NCBI RefSeq assembly: GCF_902713615.1
Contig: NC_052154.1
Span: 72,225,495 to 72,289,494 of the forward strand
Direction of reading: 5' to 3'
DNA: 64,000 nt
Source: Scyliorhinus canicula
Lineage: Eukaryota
Part shown: piece by piece, positions 1 through 11,309 of the stretch
Numbering within the stretch: position 1 is the stretch's first letter
How the letters are laid out: each line of letters starts with the position of its first letter
Notes under the pieces: model-generated
What the model was told of the DNA's origin: nothing
What the model saw: the letters and a program-made list of their open reading frames with translations, nothing else
Database searches by the model: none
Program-made: the position numbers and the translations under genes

Positions 1-105
1 TGTTGTTCACACCTGACCCCTCGATAAAATTTAAACACCACCAATCCCATTCCATCCTGCCAAAACTCCAGTCAATGGGAGACCACCTGGCTTTTTTTTG
101 TTCAG

Positions 106-310
106 GTTAACGTTTGGATTTGATTGGGCAGTGCTGCGCTGGATGCGTAATGCCTCACGATGATTGGAACGGTAGTGTCTTTCCCCCTGATGACTTAGCT
201 GTTCCAGATATGGCTCGGCACTCTGCACATCAGTATTGGGTTACCTTCAAGTCAGCATGCTGCCAAGTGCACATTCAGATCACTGTTCTTCAATAAATGA
301 TCTGATTCTG
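106..310 (+). other. Candidate terminal exon of an unidentified gene convergent with FA2H
   Basis: Strong acceptor cttttttttgttcag|G; phase-2 frame LTFGFDWAVLRWMRNASR* (phase 0 gives VNVWI*); AATAAA at 292-297 followed by GT/T-rich sequence; no recognisable repeat. Confidence 0.3.
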
Positions 311-439
311 TATGATTTATGTGCGTTATATTAATTCATTTGCTTAAAATACTGTTTTAAAATCTACAAGATTGCTTTCGATAGCTGCACTACATACTTG
401 CTTACCCTGAACTGTTTAATCCAGCTCCTCATTTCCCTC

Positions 440-635
440 AGGAAAGCTGGGAGTACTCAGCAGTCTCACAGCATTTGTGGAGATTGAGGGAAACAGAATT
501 AACGTTTTTAGGAAGGGTCACAGACTTGAAGTATTAACACTGTTTCTCTCTCCATAAATATTGCCAGGGCAGCTCAGCACTTGTGGCATTTTCTGTTTTC
601 AGTTCAGATTTCCAACACCTGCAGAATGCTGCTTT
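440..635. mobile_element. Penelope-type terminal fragment, fold-back arrangement
   Basis: ctcagcag..gcatttgtggaga..aaacagaattaac is mirrored by ttaacactgtttctctctccataaat; the same family occurs at 38500, 47460, 53390 and 63330. Confidence 0.6.
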
Positions 636-651
636 GACCACATTGACCACA

Positions 652-817
652 GGGGCTGGTTTAGCACACTGGGCTAAATTGCTGGCTTTTAAAGCAGACC
701 AAGGCAGGCCAGCAACACGGTTCAATTCCCGTACCAGCCTCCCCGAACAGGGGCTTTTCACAGTAACTTAATTGAAGCCTACTCGTGACAATAAGCGATT
801 TTCATTTCATTTCATTT
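652..817 (+). mobile_element. tRNA-derived SINE family B with (TTTCA)n tail, internally deleted
   Basis: GGGGCTGGTTTAGCAC..GGTTCAATTCCCGTACCAGCC tRNA-like head; tail ggcttttcacagtaact..gtgacaataagcgattttcatttcattt. Confidence 0.85.
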
Positions 818-1330
818 AAAGGGCTTAGGACAGAGGCAGGTCAGCTGTGGTATAGTTCGGGGTAGAATAGTGGATGAGTGCAATCTTGGTACTGAACTGA
901 ACTTTGGTAACTTCCAAAATGCACATGAGGTATACTGCCCAGTGACAATGGAGAGGTCATCCTGCAGCAATAATAACCAGAGTGAGTTAATTAGGCCGAC
1001 GTACAGCCAATCTATAATAAAAACTATAAATGTTCAACATTATTATGAAGTGGTTCTTGAATGCAGGTGACATTCAAGTAAATAAACCATCAATAAAAAG
1101 TGAACAATTTACAACCTTCACCACTGTTCCAAGACACTGGGTGAATAATTCCCAATACTGACTTTTGGGATTGAATCCCGAGAAAGGCTAAACTGTCAGC
1201 AAAGCTTTCATAGAATCGGCAGGAGTTGCCTCTCACAGACTTTAAATGCCTTAATTCTGGCTCAAACACCCAAAATGTTTGTAAATGGGTTAATTTAACT
1301 AGTGCTCAGTATGAGGAAAGCTTCAACAGA

Positions 1331-1646
1331 GGGGAGGCACGGTGACACAGTGGTTAGCACTGTCCCTCACAGCACCAGGGACCCAGGTTCAATTCCGATC
1401 TTGGATGGCTGTCTGTGTGCAGTTTGCACATTCTCCCCGTCTCTGCGTGGGTTTCCTCCGGGTGCTCCGATTTCCTCCCACAGTCCAATAATGTGCAGGT
1501 TCGGTGGATTGGACATTCTAAATTGTCCCTTAGTATCTAACGGTTAGGTTGGATGGCGGGTATTGAGCCTGGGTAGGATGCTCTTTTGGAGGGTCAGTGC
1601 AGACTTGATGGGCTGAATGGTCTCTTCTGCACTGTAGATTCTATGA
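1331..1646 (+). mobile_element. V-type SINE (HE1-like), long form with CR1-like tail
   Basis: A/B-box tRNA head; central gtttgcacattctccccgt..gggtttcctccgggtgctccg; tail gcagacttgatgggctgaatgg..ctgcactgtagattctatga. Confidence 0.9.
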
Positions 1647-1774
1647 AATCTTGCCTATGGTATAATATGTTGTCAATTAGAGGTCAAAGCACAGTGCTGA
1701 TGATGCATGTCATTTTATCTGTTCCTTCGGCAGAACGTTTCCTTTCCTTATAATACTTCAACCCGGGACTAGAA

Positions 1775-2000
1775 GGGCAGCACGGTGGCACAGGGGTTAG
1801 CATTGCTGCCTCACGGCGCCGAGATCCCAGGTTCCATCCTGGCTCTGGGTCACTGTCCGTGTGGAGTTTGCACATTCTACCCATGTTTGCGTGGGTTTCG
1901 CCCCCACAAACCAAAGGTGTGCAGGATAGGTGGATTGGCCACACTAAATTGCCCCTTAATTGGAAAAAATGAATTGGGTAATCTAAATTTATTTTAAAAC
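1775..2000 (+). mobile_element. V-type SINE, short form
   Basis: Head plus central domain ending ttgggtaatctaaattt; flanked by gggactagaa/ggaactagaa. Confidence 0.9.
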
Positions 2001-2289
2001 GAGGAACTAGAAAACTGACAGGCAAGTATGAGTCACAGTCACTAATAGTTCTTGCAATTCATAGACCTTATAGTGGCAGGTATACATTTTGGGGTCTAAT
2101 TATACAAAATGGCTTCCTCATGTAGTTGGGGCACTGCAACACAACTAAGTACATCCAGTCCACATTTTTCAATAGTCGCATCCATTCAGTCAATATTAAG
2201 TACATAGAAAAAGCCTGATGCTGATTTAAAGACATACACATCCTGTGTCTTTTAAACAATGTGGAGACAAGGGGCAGAATTTTCCGATC

Positions 2290-2550
2290 CCCCGCAGGGT
2301 CGGGGGGGGGGGGGGGGAAGCAAGGGAGGGGAGGTCAAGGGGGGGTGGGAAGGGGGTGGGAAGGGGGAGGGAGCATAGACCGATCCAGAGGACGGCAAAA
2401 TGTATATAGGGTCAATTAAATGAAAGACAAAATAAACCGTTCTGTGCAATACAATAAAGTAAATTAACGTGGGTAAGAAAAATATGATGTATATATACAA
2501 TTGTTTATAAATATGGGAAATGCCAATAAAAAGATTGCAAAAAAAAATAA
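2290..2550 (+). mobile_element. 3' end of an L1/Tx1-like LINE
   Basis: G-rich 3'UTR-like tract, AATAAA and A-tail at ~2525-2550. Confidence 0.5.
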
Positions 2551-3045
2551 ACTAACCCTTCAAATACACCCTATCATGAGTTTCCTCTGGGGTTATTAAT
2601 AGAAATTGTATCATTCTAAAGTGGAAGGGTTGGGAAATACAACGCTGCCTGTAAAGGGGGAAGTAAATCAAAGCCACCTTTCTGTCTATGGAGGAGTGGT
2701 GAGAGAAAAAATCAGTTATGTTTAAATGAATCCTTCTCCTGTTCATAACACTATCTTCCTAAAGTTACTGACCTTGACAATGATAAAGCATTAGGTTAAA
2801 TAGCCCCTCTGCCAGCAGAACATTGATCAGTTGAATATAAAAATCAAGTAAGGAAAAGCAGAGGAAGAAACAGCCATAATTTTGAAATCAATAAAATATC
2901 TTGTTTGGTGTCAGTAATGACAGCTAAGGGGTCAAATGCAAGAAAAACAAGGGCGGACAACAATTGAGTAATGGCCGTGATTCAGAATGGTTATTTTAAC
3001 TCGCCATCAGTTTCCATCTTCCTCTCCTTCACTCCTGAAGATACT

Positions 3046-3654
3046 GGGCTGGATTCTCCGGTTCTGGGCTATGTCTGGAGAAAGTGCTTAGTTTTACGAT
3101 GAAAAAGTTGGTGCCCCCCCCCCGCACCGATGCTCCGCCCGATAGGAGGGGGCTAGCAGCCACACCACGTAAAAGGCCCAGCGTTCCTGACAGAAACGGC
3201 CGGAGAATTGCCGGGCCCGTGACCGCGCATGCTCACGGCGATGACCTGCAGCAGTCACGCCGTACCTGCCAGATAGTGCCCTGGCCTGCCAGATAGTGCC
3301 ACCCCCGAAACCCCTCTTGCCACTCCCAGACAACCCCCCACCAGTCCCCCCCCCGGTCAGCGGAACGCCCCCCTCCCCCCCCCCCCGACTATGGTGCCGC
3401 TAGACGAAAACGCAGAGCACACGTGCTCCATGCTGTTGGGAAGTTGGCCCATCGGAGGTCGAGCTTCGGGGGAGGGCCTTCAGGTGACGTCCTGAGGCCG
3501 GCCCAACAGTGTGCGGCGTACACACCGATGACACCGTTTTAGAGGGGGCAGAGCATCCGTAAACAGGCACGCCCCCGATTTCGGCTTTAGAAGGGATTCT
3601 ATGCCCCGATCGGCGAATGCGCTTTTGGGAGTCGGCAATTGGAGAATTCCGGCC
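3046..3654. mobile_element. GC-rich MITE, PIF/Harbinger-like
   Basis: TIRs GGGCTGGATTCTCC / GGAGAATTCCGGCC; 3-bp TSD ACT on both sides. Confidence 0.8.
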
Positions 3655-4282
3655 ACTGATTTTGACTGAAGTACAATTTTCTGTATGTTAAAAACCTTCT
3701 GGTCCTTTAGTCAATTGACCAATTTGTGTGTCAGCTCAGACAATTAGTTTTCACAGCTTTTTTATACCTGAAATGCGTAACAGCCAATTCTATTCTATTG
3801 GCAGGCACATGCACAGGGCCTAAAAGTATATTACTATCAGTCAGACATGCAGTGTAGCACATTTGTGTGTACTTGTATCTGCATATATTAAACTGGCTGG
3901 CTCAGCTCAGTTGGCTGGATGGTTCATTGGAAGTTTCACTGTTTATGCCTAACCAGTGGGATTGTCCTTATGCCACACCAGTTACCCTGACTGCCTCCTA
4001 CACCTGTGTGAATCTCTCTCCTGTGATGGTGAAATGTCACCCGGAAGCACCCCACTAGTGCAACTTCACAAGACAGAGAGAAAGAGGGACCACTGTTTAT
4101 CCCTAACCAGTAGCCTCTCTTGAGTGAGCGTGTTCGAAGCGCTCTGATTCCTTCTGGGTCCTCGACTTCGGAATTATGCTCTGGAAATTATTGTGACTCA
4201 ACCAGAGCGGACAGTGAAAGAAAGAAAGGCCCTCCACAACTCAGACTATAACACGCAAACACCAGTTCTAAAAAGACTATGG

Positions 4283-4530
4283 GGCGCAGAACGTGGCGCA
4301 GTGGTTAGCACTGGAACTACGGCGCTGAGGACCCGGGTTCGAATCCCGGCCCTGGGGACCCGGGTTCGAATCCCGGCCCTGGGTCACTGTGTGGAGTTTG
4401 CATATTCTACCCGTGTCTGCGTGGGTTTCACCCCCACAACCCAAAGATGTGCAGGTTAGGTGGATAGGCCACGCTAAATTGCCCCTTAATTGGAAAAGAA
4501 ATAATTGGGTACTCTAAATTTATTTTTAAA
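4283..4530 (+). mobile_element. V-type SINE, short form, with duplicated B box
   Basis: 27-bp unit ggacccgggttcgaatcccggccctgg occurs twice (4329-4382); TSD-like actatggg on both sides. Confidence 0.9.
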
Positions 4531-4989
4531 GAATACTATGGGAAGCAATAAACAAAACGACATATCAAAAATTCTTACTTTTACACAAGTTTACTTAAGC
4601 ACACATGAATGTATATATCCACTCACCCACCCCAACCTCAACAATCTAGCCCAATTGGGAATTTCTGTGGGCTGAGGGAACTCACGGTTCCCAGGAAAAT
4701 AGTTAAACAGGCAAAAATGTTTCTTTGACTCTTCCTCAAAGCTGACTGGTCCGTTTGGCTGCTGGGCCTTTATCCTGCTGGTTGGGCAACTCCGCAGGAA
4801 TCTTTCATGGTCTGTGAAGTCTGGTTTTCGTGATCTTCCACCTTGTCGTCTGGCAGAAGCCCTGTAGAAGTCTCTACTCTGCCTTGAGTCCCGTCTTCCT
4901 CAGGTCAAGGAGCTGACTGGCCCCTCCCATAGGTGAGTTCTTGGACAAAGGACTGCTAATTGCTGGCAGGCTGAAATTGATTTGATCAG

Positions 4990-5392
4990 TGTCATAATAT
5001 ACATCCAGGTATATGATGGAGTGCAGACAGGCAGTGATTGACACACAGGATGACTAGTGAACACACAGAACACAGCAGCCAATCACCAGGCAGGGCACGA
5101 CCACTATAAAGCCAGAGGGCACCAGTTTTCCCGCTCTCTCGGGATCCAGCCTCTGAGACAGTCAGAGCTCGTGAGCAGCAACTAGTACAAACACCATGTG
5201 GTAGTCAGTTAGTCTGGTCAAGTTAACCTCAGGTCTCCAGTCAAGTCAGCATAGTGTCAACCCACAGTTAAGCATGTATTATAGTTAGTTGTTCAATAAA
5301 ATCGTATTGCATCTCTTCAGGTGTTGGAAGCCTGTCTCTCTCTACACTGCATCAAACGCAGTCCACGTAGACCCAGCATACCCAACACATCC
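4990..5392 (+). mobile_element. Solo LTR
   Basis: Starts TGTCAT; CCAAT 5079, TATAAA 5105, AATAAA 5295; 5-bp TSD ATCAG (4985-4989, 5393-5397); terminal CA appears mutated to CC. Confidence 0.75.
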
Positions 5393-5499
5393 ATCAGTTT
5401 CTCCACGAAGGTTCAGTAATGTCTCCAGAGACTGCTGATTTCTTGCAAATGGCTCACAGTTGGCGTTGGGGACAACTTTAATCGTTTTCCCATTAGTAG

Positions 5500-5866
5500 A
5501 GTGTGATTTCATCTGGCCAGAGCAAAAAGTATCTCCATACCATTCCGCAGTTGATTCGGGCCGTCCAGATCTTCCCACATAATTTTCCAGTTGACCCTGC
5601 ATTGACTCATGGCATCTTTTGTTCCTATCCGAGATGGGTCTGGGCGGGTGGGGGGGGGGGGGGGTGCTGTATATTCTGCTGTCTGCCTGCTTGCAGACAT
5701 TTGGTTTGGGCTGTTTTCTATACAGTATTTGTTCTTTTAAAATGGGGTGGTATCCTTTTTTTCAATTCTTGTCCAGTTTTGTTCAGCTGATGAGTTGCAA
5801 TACCTTACACGTGCCCTTGTTAGGTGGGCTGTGGGGAGCTGGATGACCCTTTATAGGGCCGTTGTG

Positions 5867-5898
<32 letters not shown>

Positions 5899-6117
5899 AC
5901 ACTGGCGAGGTCTCGAATTGCAGCCTGATCTCTTCCTGCACTGGCGTGCGGAGCTCCTCAATGCAATCAATTTCACTAAGTGTGGCCTTGCTGGGGTTTT
6001 GAAATAAAACCGAGTCCCATTAGATAGCGGTGTCTTTCTCAGCGCTGCGAGCACGGGGGACACCCGGTTAAACACGCTTGACACTGGACTCTGTTTCATT
6101 CCTGTTAGATTGTGCCC
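5500..6117. mobile_element. Degenerate Harbinger-like MITE containing an L1-like 3' fragment and a 30-nt G run
   Basis: Right end gttagattgtgccc resembles the family TIR; GC-rich interior. Confidence 0.45.
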
Positions 6118-6174
6118 AATATCTTTCAGAAACTCAAAATTAATGGATTTTAACATGTGTTTTCCATCGCCGAA

Positions 6175-6490
6175 TTTTCATTTTATTCATCCATGGACAT
6201 CACTGGCTGAGCGCTGAGACAGCAAATTGCCCTTCAGAGGATATTTAAGAATCACCCACCGGTAAAGGTATTATATTTCTTTCCCTAAAGAGCATTAGTG
6301 AACCAGATGGGTTTTTACAAAAATCAACAATGGTTTGCTGATCATCACGAGACTTTCAATTCCAGGTTTTTATTGAATTCAAATTTCACCAGTTGCTGTG
6401 GTGGGATTGGAACCTGAAACCTCAAAACATTACCCTGTGTGTCTGGGTTACCGATGCACTGACAATACCATCATTAGGCCATTGCCTCAG
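6175..6490 (-). mobile_element. tRNA-derived SINE with CR1-like tail
   Basis: cattagtgaaccagatgggtttttac..ttgaattcaaatttcacc..gtggtgggattggaacct; a plus-strand homolog is at 29780-29990. Confidence 0.7.
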
Positions 6491-6513
6491 GCATTGGTAA
6501 GAGGAGAAATGAT

Positions 6514-6748
6514 GGGCGACACAGTGGCGCAGTGGGTTAGCGCTGCTACCTCACGGCGCTGAAACCCGGGTTCTATCCCGGCCCTGGGTCACTGTCCATG
6601 TGGAGTTTGCACATTCTCCCCGTGTCTGTGTGGGTCTCACCCCTGCAATCCAAAGATGTACAGAGTAGGTGGATGGGCCACGATAGCTAAATTGTCCCTT
6701 AATTGGGGAAAAAAATAATTGGGTACTCTAAATTTAGTTAAAAAAAAG
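6514..6748 (+). mobile_element. V-type SINE, short form
   Basis: Typical head, central domain and ctctaaattt tail; imperfect TSD agaggagaaatga/agagaggaatga. Confidence 0.9.
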
Positions 6749-7215
6749 AGAGGAATGACATCTATTTTTAACAGTTCCCTCCTCAAGTCTAATTTGGATG
6801 ATTCAACTTGACGATCAAGCTCTTTCATCACAAGCCTGAAACATTCAAAACATTTTTGAGTTTGGTTCAGGAGCAGATAGAGATCATCTTGAGCACTTTT
6901 GAGAATACAATCATTTCTTTGTGGGTTAAGCTGCACAAAAAACTGGTTTCACAGGTGGTTTCAACATTCTAATCCTGTCCAACAAGATGGTTTGCAAATT
7001 CCTGACAGCCAAAATCTAGCAATTCCTTGTCTTGGAGGCATGAGAGATTACTAACCTCTGATTAATACTTCAACATTCTCTCTAAGAACTGGCTGTTAGT
7101 GCTGCATACTTTTCTGAAAGAAGAATATATATTTGCCCTAACGTAAAACTATTTCTCACACAGGAAAGAGGCACGGTCTCAATTTCTGGATGGATCCAAC
7201 CAATGAAATGGTCTA

Positions 7216-7456
7216 CTTTTTTTGTCCTTTTTAAAATTTAGAGTCCCCAATACTTCTTTTTCCAATTGAGCGGCAATTTAGTGTGGCGCGTTCACCTACC
7301 CGGCACACAATTTGGGTTGTGGGAGGTGACACCCACGCAGTCACGGGAATAATGTGCAAACTTCACACGGTTAGTGACCTGGAGCCGGAATCGAACCCGG
7401 GTCCTCGGCACCGTGAGGCAGCAGTGCTAACCACTGCGCTGCGCCACTGTGTCGCT
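7216..7456 (-). mobile_element. V-type SINE, short form
   Basis: Reverse copy; TSD atgaaatggtcta on both sides. Confidence 0.9.
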
Positions 7457-7714
7457 CATGAAATGGTCTATTACTGTAACTTGGCTGGGGTCCAATTGAA
7501 TTCCACGCTGAAAGTATGTGATGTAATTGTAGAGTGTGACAAATTAAGCAATGAGGGTGTGGCAGTAAGCAATCATTTCTCAAGAAGGATTTAGAAGGGT
7601 AAGACGAGATAAAGCCTTAAATTGCCTAGTTACAATCATTGACAAGAGCATAGGTCGCCTTGTGGATAGATAAACTGATCACAAACGAAAGCCAACATTT
7701 GAACACTGAACATG

Positions 7715-8331
7715 GGGCGGGATTCTTCGCCCCCCCCTCCCCCGGCCGGGTCGGAGAATCGCCGGGGGGCGGCGTGAAACCTGCCCCCGCTGGCTGCCGA
7801 ATTCTCCGGCGCCAGGGTTTTGGGGCCGTTGGCAGCGGCCCCCCGGTGATTCTCCGCGATGGGCCGAGTGGCCGCCCGTTTTCGGCCGGTCCCGCCGGCG
7901 TAAATCACAACAGGTCCTTACCGGCGGGACCTGGCTCCACGGGCAGCCTGCAGAGTCCTTGGGGTAGGCACAGGGGGATCTGGCCCCCACGGTGGCCTGG
8001 CCTGCGATCGGGGCCTACCGACCTGCGGTCGGGCCTGTGCCATGGGGGCACTCTTTCCCTCCACAAGGGCCGCTGTCAACCGCCGCCATGGCCGGTGTGG
8101 AGAAGAACACCCTGCGCATGCGCTGGGATGATGCCAGCACACACTGGCGCTCCCGTGCATGTGCCAACTCATGCCGGCCGGTGGAGGCCCTTCCGGCTGG
8201 CGTGGCGCCAAGTCCTTTGACGCCAGATGGCGCGGCGCAAACCACCCCGGCGCCAGCCAAGCCCCTGAAGGTGCGGAGGATTCCTCGGCGCCAGGACCGC
8301 CCACCCCGCCTGGTAGGGGAGAATCCCGCCC
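7715..8331. mobile_element. GC/CpG-rich MITE, PIF/Harbinger-like
   Basis: TIR GGGCGGGATTCT / AGAATCCCGCCC; internal TGCGCATGCGC at 8113-8123. Confidence 0.8.
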
Positions 8332-8462
8332 CAGATGTTGGCTGGCTGTAACATAGCTTTCATTTTCTTTTTGCTTTGTCTTTTGTTGAGTTGGAGACAA
8401 CGCTTTAAAACTCCCTTTGATGGGATGGGAGCATCACTGGCAACACCAACATTATTGTTGTA

Positions 8463-8775
8463 GGGCACAGTGGTAAGCACTGCTGTTTCACAGCACCAGG
8501 AACTCGGGTTCAATTCTGGCCTTGAGTCACTGTCTGTGGGGAATTTGCACGTTCTCCCTGTGGGTTTCCTTCGGGTGCTCCATGATCCTCTCATAATCTA
8601 GAGATGTGAAGGTTAGGTGGACTGGCCATGATAAATTTCCTCTTAGTGTGCAAACCATTAGTTGGGGATATGGGGATAGAATGAGAGCATTGGCCGAGGT
8701 AGGTTCCTCTTTCAGAGAGTTGGTGCAGACTTGATGGGCTGAATGGCCTCCTTCTGAACTGCACTGATTCTATAA
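8463..8775 (+). mobile_element. V-type SINE, long form (CR1-like tail)
   Basis: Same layout as 1331-1646. Confidence 0.85.
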
Positions 8776-8870
8776 TCCTTGATTTTTTTTTAATAAGGGG
8801 GTGGTGGGCTGCTTTCTTGGATGGCTGCAATCCACGTGGTGTAGGTACATTCATAGTGTTATTAGATAAG

Positions 8871-9069
8871 GGGCAGGATTCTCCAAACCCCTGCAGGGCC
8901 GGAGAACTGCCGGGGGACGGCGTGAATCCCACCCCACCCCCCCGCTGCCGGCCTAGCCCCTGAAGGTGCGGAGGATTCCGCACCTTCCCGGTGCCTGATG
9001 CCGGAGTGGTTCACGCCACTCCTTGGCATTGGTACGGTTCGCCCCACCGGTTGGCGGGGAATCTCGCCC
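8871..9069. mobile_element. Short Harbinger-like MITE inserted into a minus-strand CR1 fragment (~8790-9270)
   Basis: TIR GGGCAGGATTCTCC / GGGGAATCTCGCCC; 3-bp TSD AAG; flanks resemble the reverse complement of the CR1 3' region at ~52400-52600. Confidence 0.8.
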
Positions 9070-9278
9070 AAGAGGTTCCATGATGTTGACAGAGCGCTGA
9101 TGAAGTAATAGTGATATATTCTAAAGTCAGGATGTTGTGAGACTAGGACAGAAACTTGTAATTGGTAGTGTTCAAATGCACCTTATTCTACCAAATAGTA
9201 AGGTCGCAGGTTTGGGAGGTGCTATCAAAGTAGCTTTGGAAAGTTGCTGCGTACATTCTATAGATTGTACACATTGCT

Positions 9279-9925
9279 AGGAACTACGATGTTGTGGCCA
9301 TTACGGAGACATGGATTTCACAGGGGCAGGAATGGCTGTTTGATGTTCCAGGGTCTAGATGTTTTCAGAAGAATAGGGAGGGAGGTAAAAGAGGAGGGGG
9401 AGTAGCACTGTTAATTAGGCAGTGCACCACAGCTGCAGAAAAGGAGGTAGTTGAGGAGGGTTTGTCTACTGAGTTAGTATGGGTGGAAGTCAGAATAAAG
9501 AAAGAAGCAGTCACTTTATTGGGAGTTTTCTATAGACCCCCCAATAGCAGCAGAGAGATAGGGGAACAGATTGGATGGCAGAAGGAACACATTTTTTATC
9601 ATGGGTGACTTCAACTTCCCTAATATGGACTGGAACCCCCTTAGTGCAAATGGTTTGATGGAGCAGATTTTGTCAGGCGTGTACAGGAATGATTCCTGAC
9701 TCAATATGTAGATAGGCCGACTAGGGGGGAGGCCATATTGGACTTGGTGCTCGGCAACGAACCAGGCCAGGTGTCAGATGTTCGGTGGGAGAGCATTTCA
9801 GTGACAGTGACCACAACTCCTTGACCTTTACCATAGTCTTGGAAAGGGATAGGAACAGACAGTATGGGAAGGTATTTAATTCAGGGAGGGGAACTTATAC
9901 TGCTATAAGACAGGAGCTAAGGAGC
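9279..9925 (+). mobile_element. CR1-type LINE fragment (APE endonuclease)
   Basis: VAITETW, RGGGVALLI, GVFYRPPN, GDFNFP, SDH motifs with frameshifts (ORF 9294..9608). Confidence 0.9.
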
Positions 9926-9929
9926 CTCC

Positions 9930-11235
9930 GTGGCTCGAATCGGAGATGGAATTCGCCTGCCTGACTGTTGGATGGAGAACTAGCCTCCTTTCCCATTGAG
10001 GATGTTAGCAGTGGTATGCTTAGTCTGTTTGCTGTTTGATACTCCCCTCTATGGATTCTGCTGTCGAGAAGTTATCATTTGTATAGCCCCACTGATCTCT
10101 GGTAAACAATGTATTTGATATGGCCAGGCACATCTCAATTTCCCCAGACTCCTGCTAATCTTGTTGCTGGGCAAATAGCATCTCATTATTCCTCTAGACG
10201 TCTGCTAGTCTTGTTACTTGTTTGTTATTTTAATTTCGTCTCAAGTTCAATGTTAATCTTGTTAAATTTCCACATTCCTTATCTGTCCCTCTTTTAAAAA
10301 AATGAAATATCATCATTTGAAATACGCTTTCATTTCTCCATAATTTCTTATCGGTTCTACGTGATCAGTCATTAAAAAGATTTATGAGCATGCATTAACA
10401 ATAACATTATACCCAGAGAATTTAAACTCAATGTTCCTGAAAAGTTTCTTTTATACTTGTGGTAAAGCGTCCGCAATGACATTCTCTCTCCTGGCCACAT
10501 GAATTATTTAAAAATTAAATGGTTCTGGCAACAGGCTCCATCGGAATAATATTCCCCGCCGTCGGGATTTTCCATTTTGCTGGTAGCCCGAGGGTTTCCC
10601 AATGGCGTGGGCTGCCCTACAATGGGAAAACCCATTGACCAGCTGGCGAAATGGAGAATCCCCACGGCAGAGAATTCAGCCCCAGGCTATTCCAAAATGT
10701 GGTGCGGCTGGATAGAGAAACCCGCCCCTGGTGTACTGATCTCACGTTTTTCCAGAAACTTTGTTTATATGATTGTTTCTGTGGAATTACTGGTAAAGTA
10801 AATATCAAAATGTTGTAATGCCAGTATCAAGCTGGTACTTTTGCAATGGTGGAATACTTCTGATTGTGACAATTTAATTTCCTTGAGAACTCCCATACCA
10901 ATGTCACTATCATCCACAGCCCGTTTAAACTGCTTGTCATTGTTTGGTGGGGATAACACCGGTTTTTTTTGTTAACACAGTTTTTAAATGTTTGAATGCT
11001 GTTTTGCAGTCCTCCATCCAATTAAAGTAGTCGTTCTTTAAAAGCTTTGTAAATGGTGCTGCCACACTGCTAAAGTTTGGCACGAACTTGCGATAGAATC
11101 AACTCATTCCCAGAAAATCTCTTTTCATGTGGTGGGTTCTGGAAAATCCCGAATGGCCTGTATTTTTGCATCTCGTGAAGCCATTTGACCATGTCCCTCG
11201 ATATGTCCCCCATGAAATTTGGGCTTTCACAAATT
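9930..11235 (-). mobile_element. Decayed Gypsy pol fragment (RT connection/RNase H) with a small MITE at ~10540-10730
   Basis: Minus frames give FLGMS*FYRKFVPNFSSVAAPFTKL, KLNCHNQKYSTI and LILALQHFDIY. Confidence 0.8.
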
Positions 11236-11309
11236 TGGGCGGAATTCTCTGATAATGGGGCTATAGCCCCACGCCCGCGAGAAAACAGGCACAAATCACT
11301 CTGGACTGA

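Noticed and set aside
7636-8400. Many overlapping 80-190 aa ORFs (also at 43435-44393 and 53586-54254)
   Set aside because: They arise from the high GC content of non-coding MITEs; the products are low-complexity and show no domains.
10756-10792. Apparent plus-strand micro-exon (ttttccag|...|gtaaag)
   Set aside because: It lies within the minus-strand Gypsy RNase H remnant.
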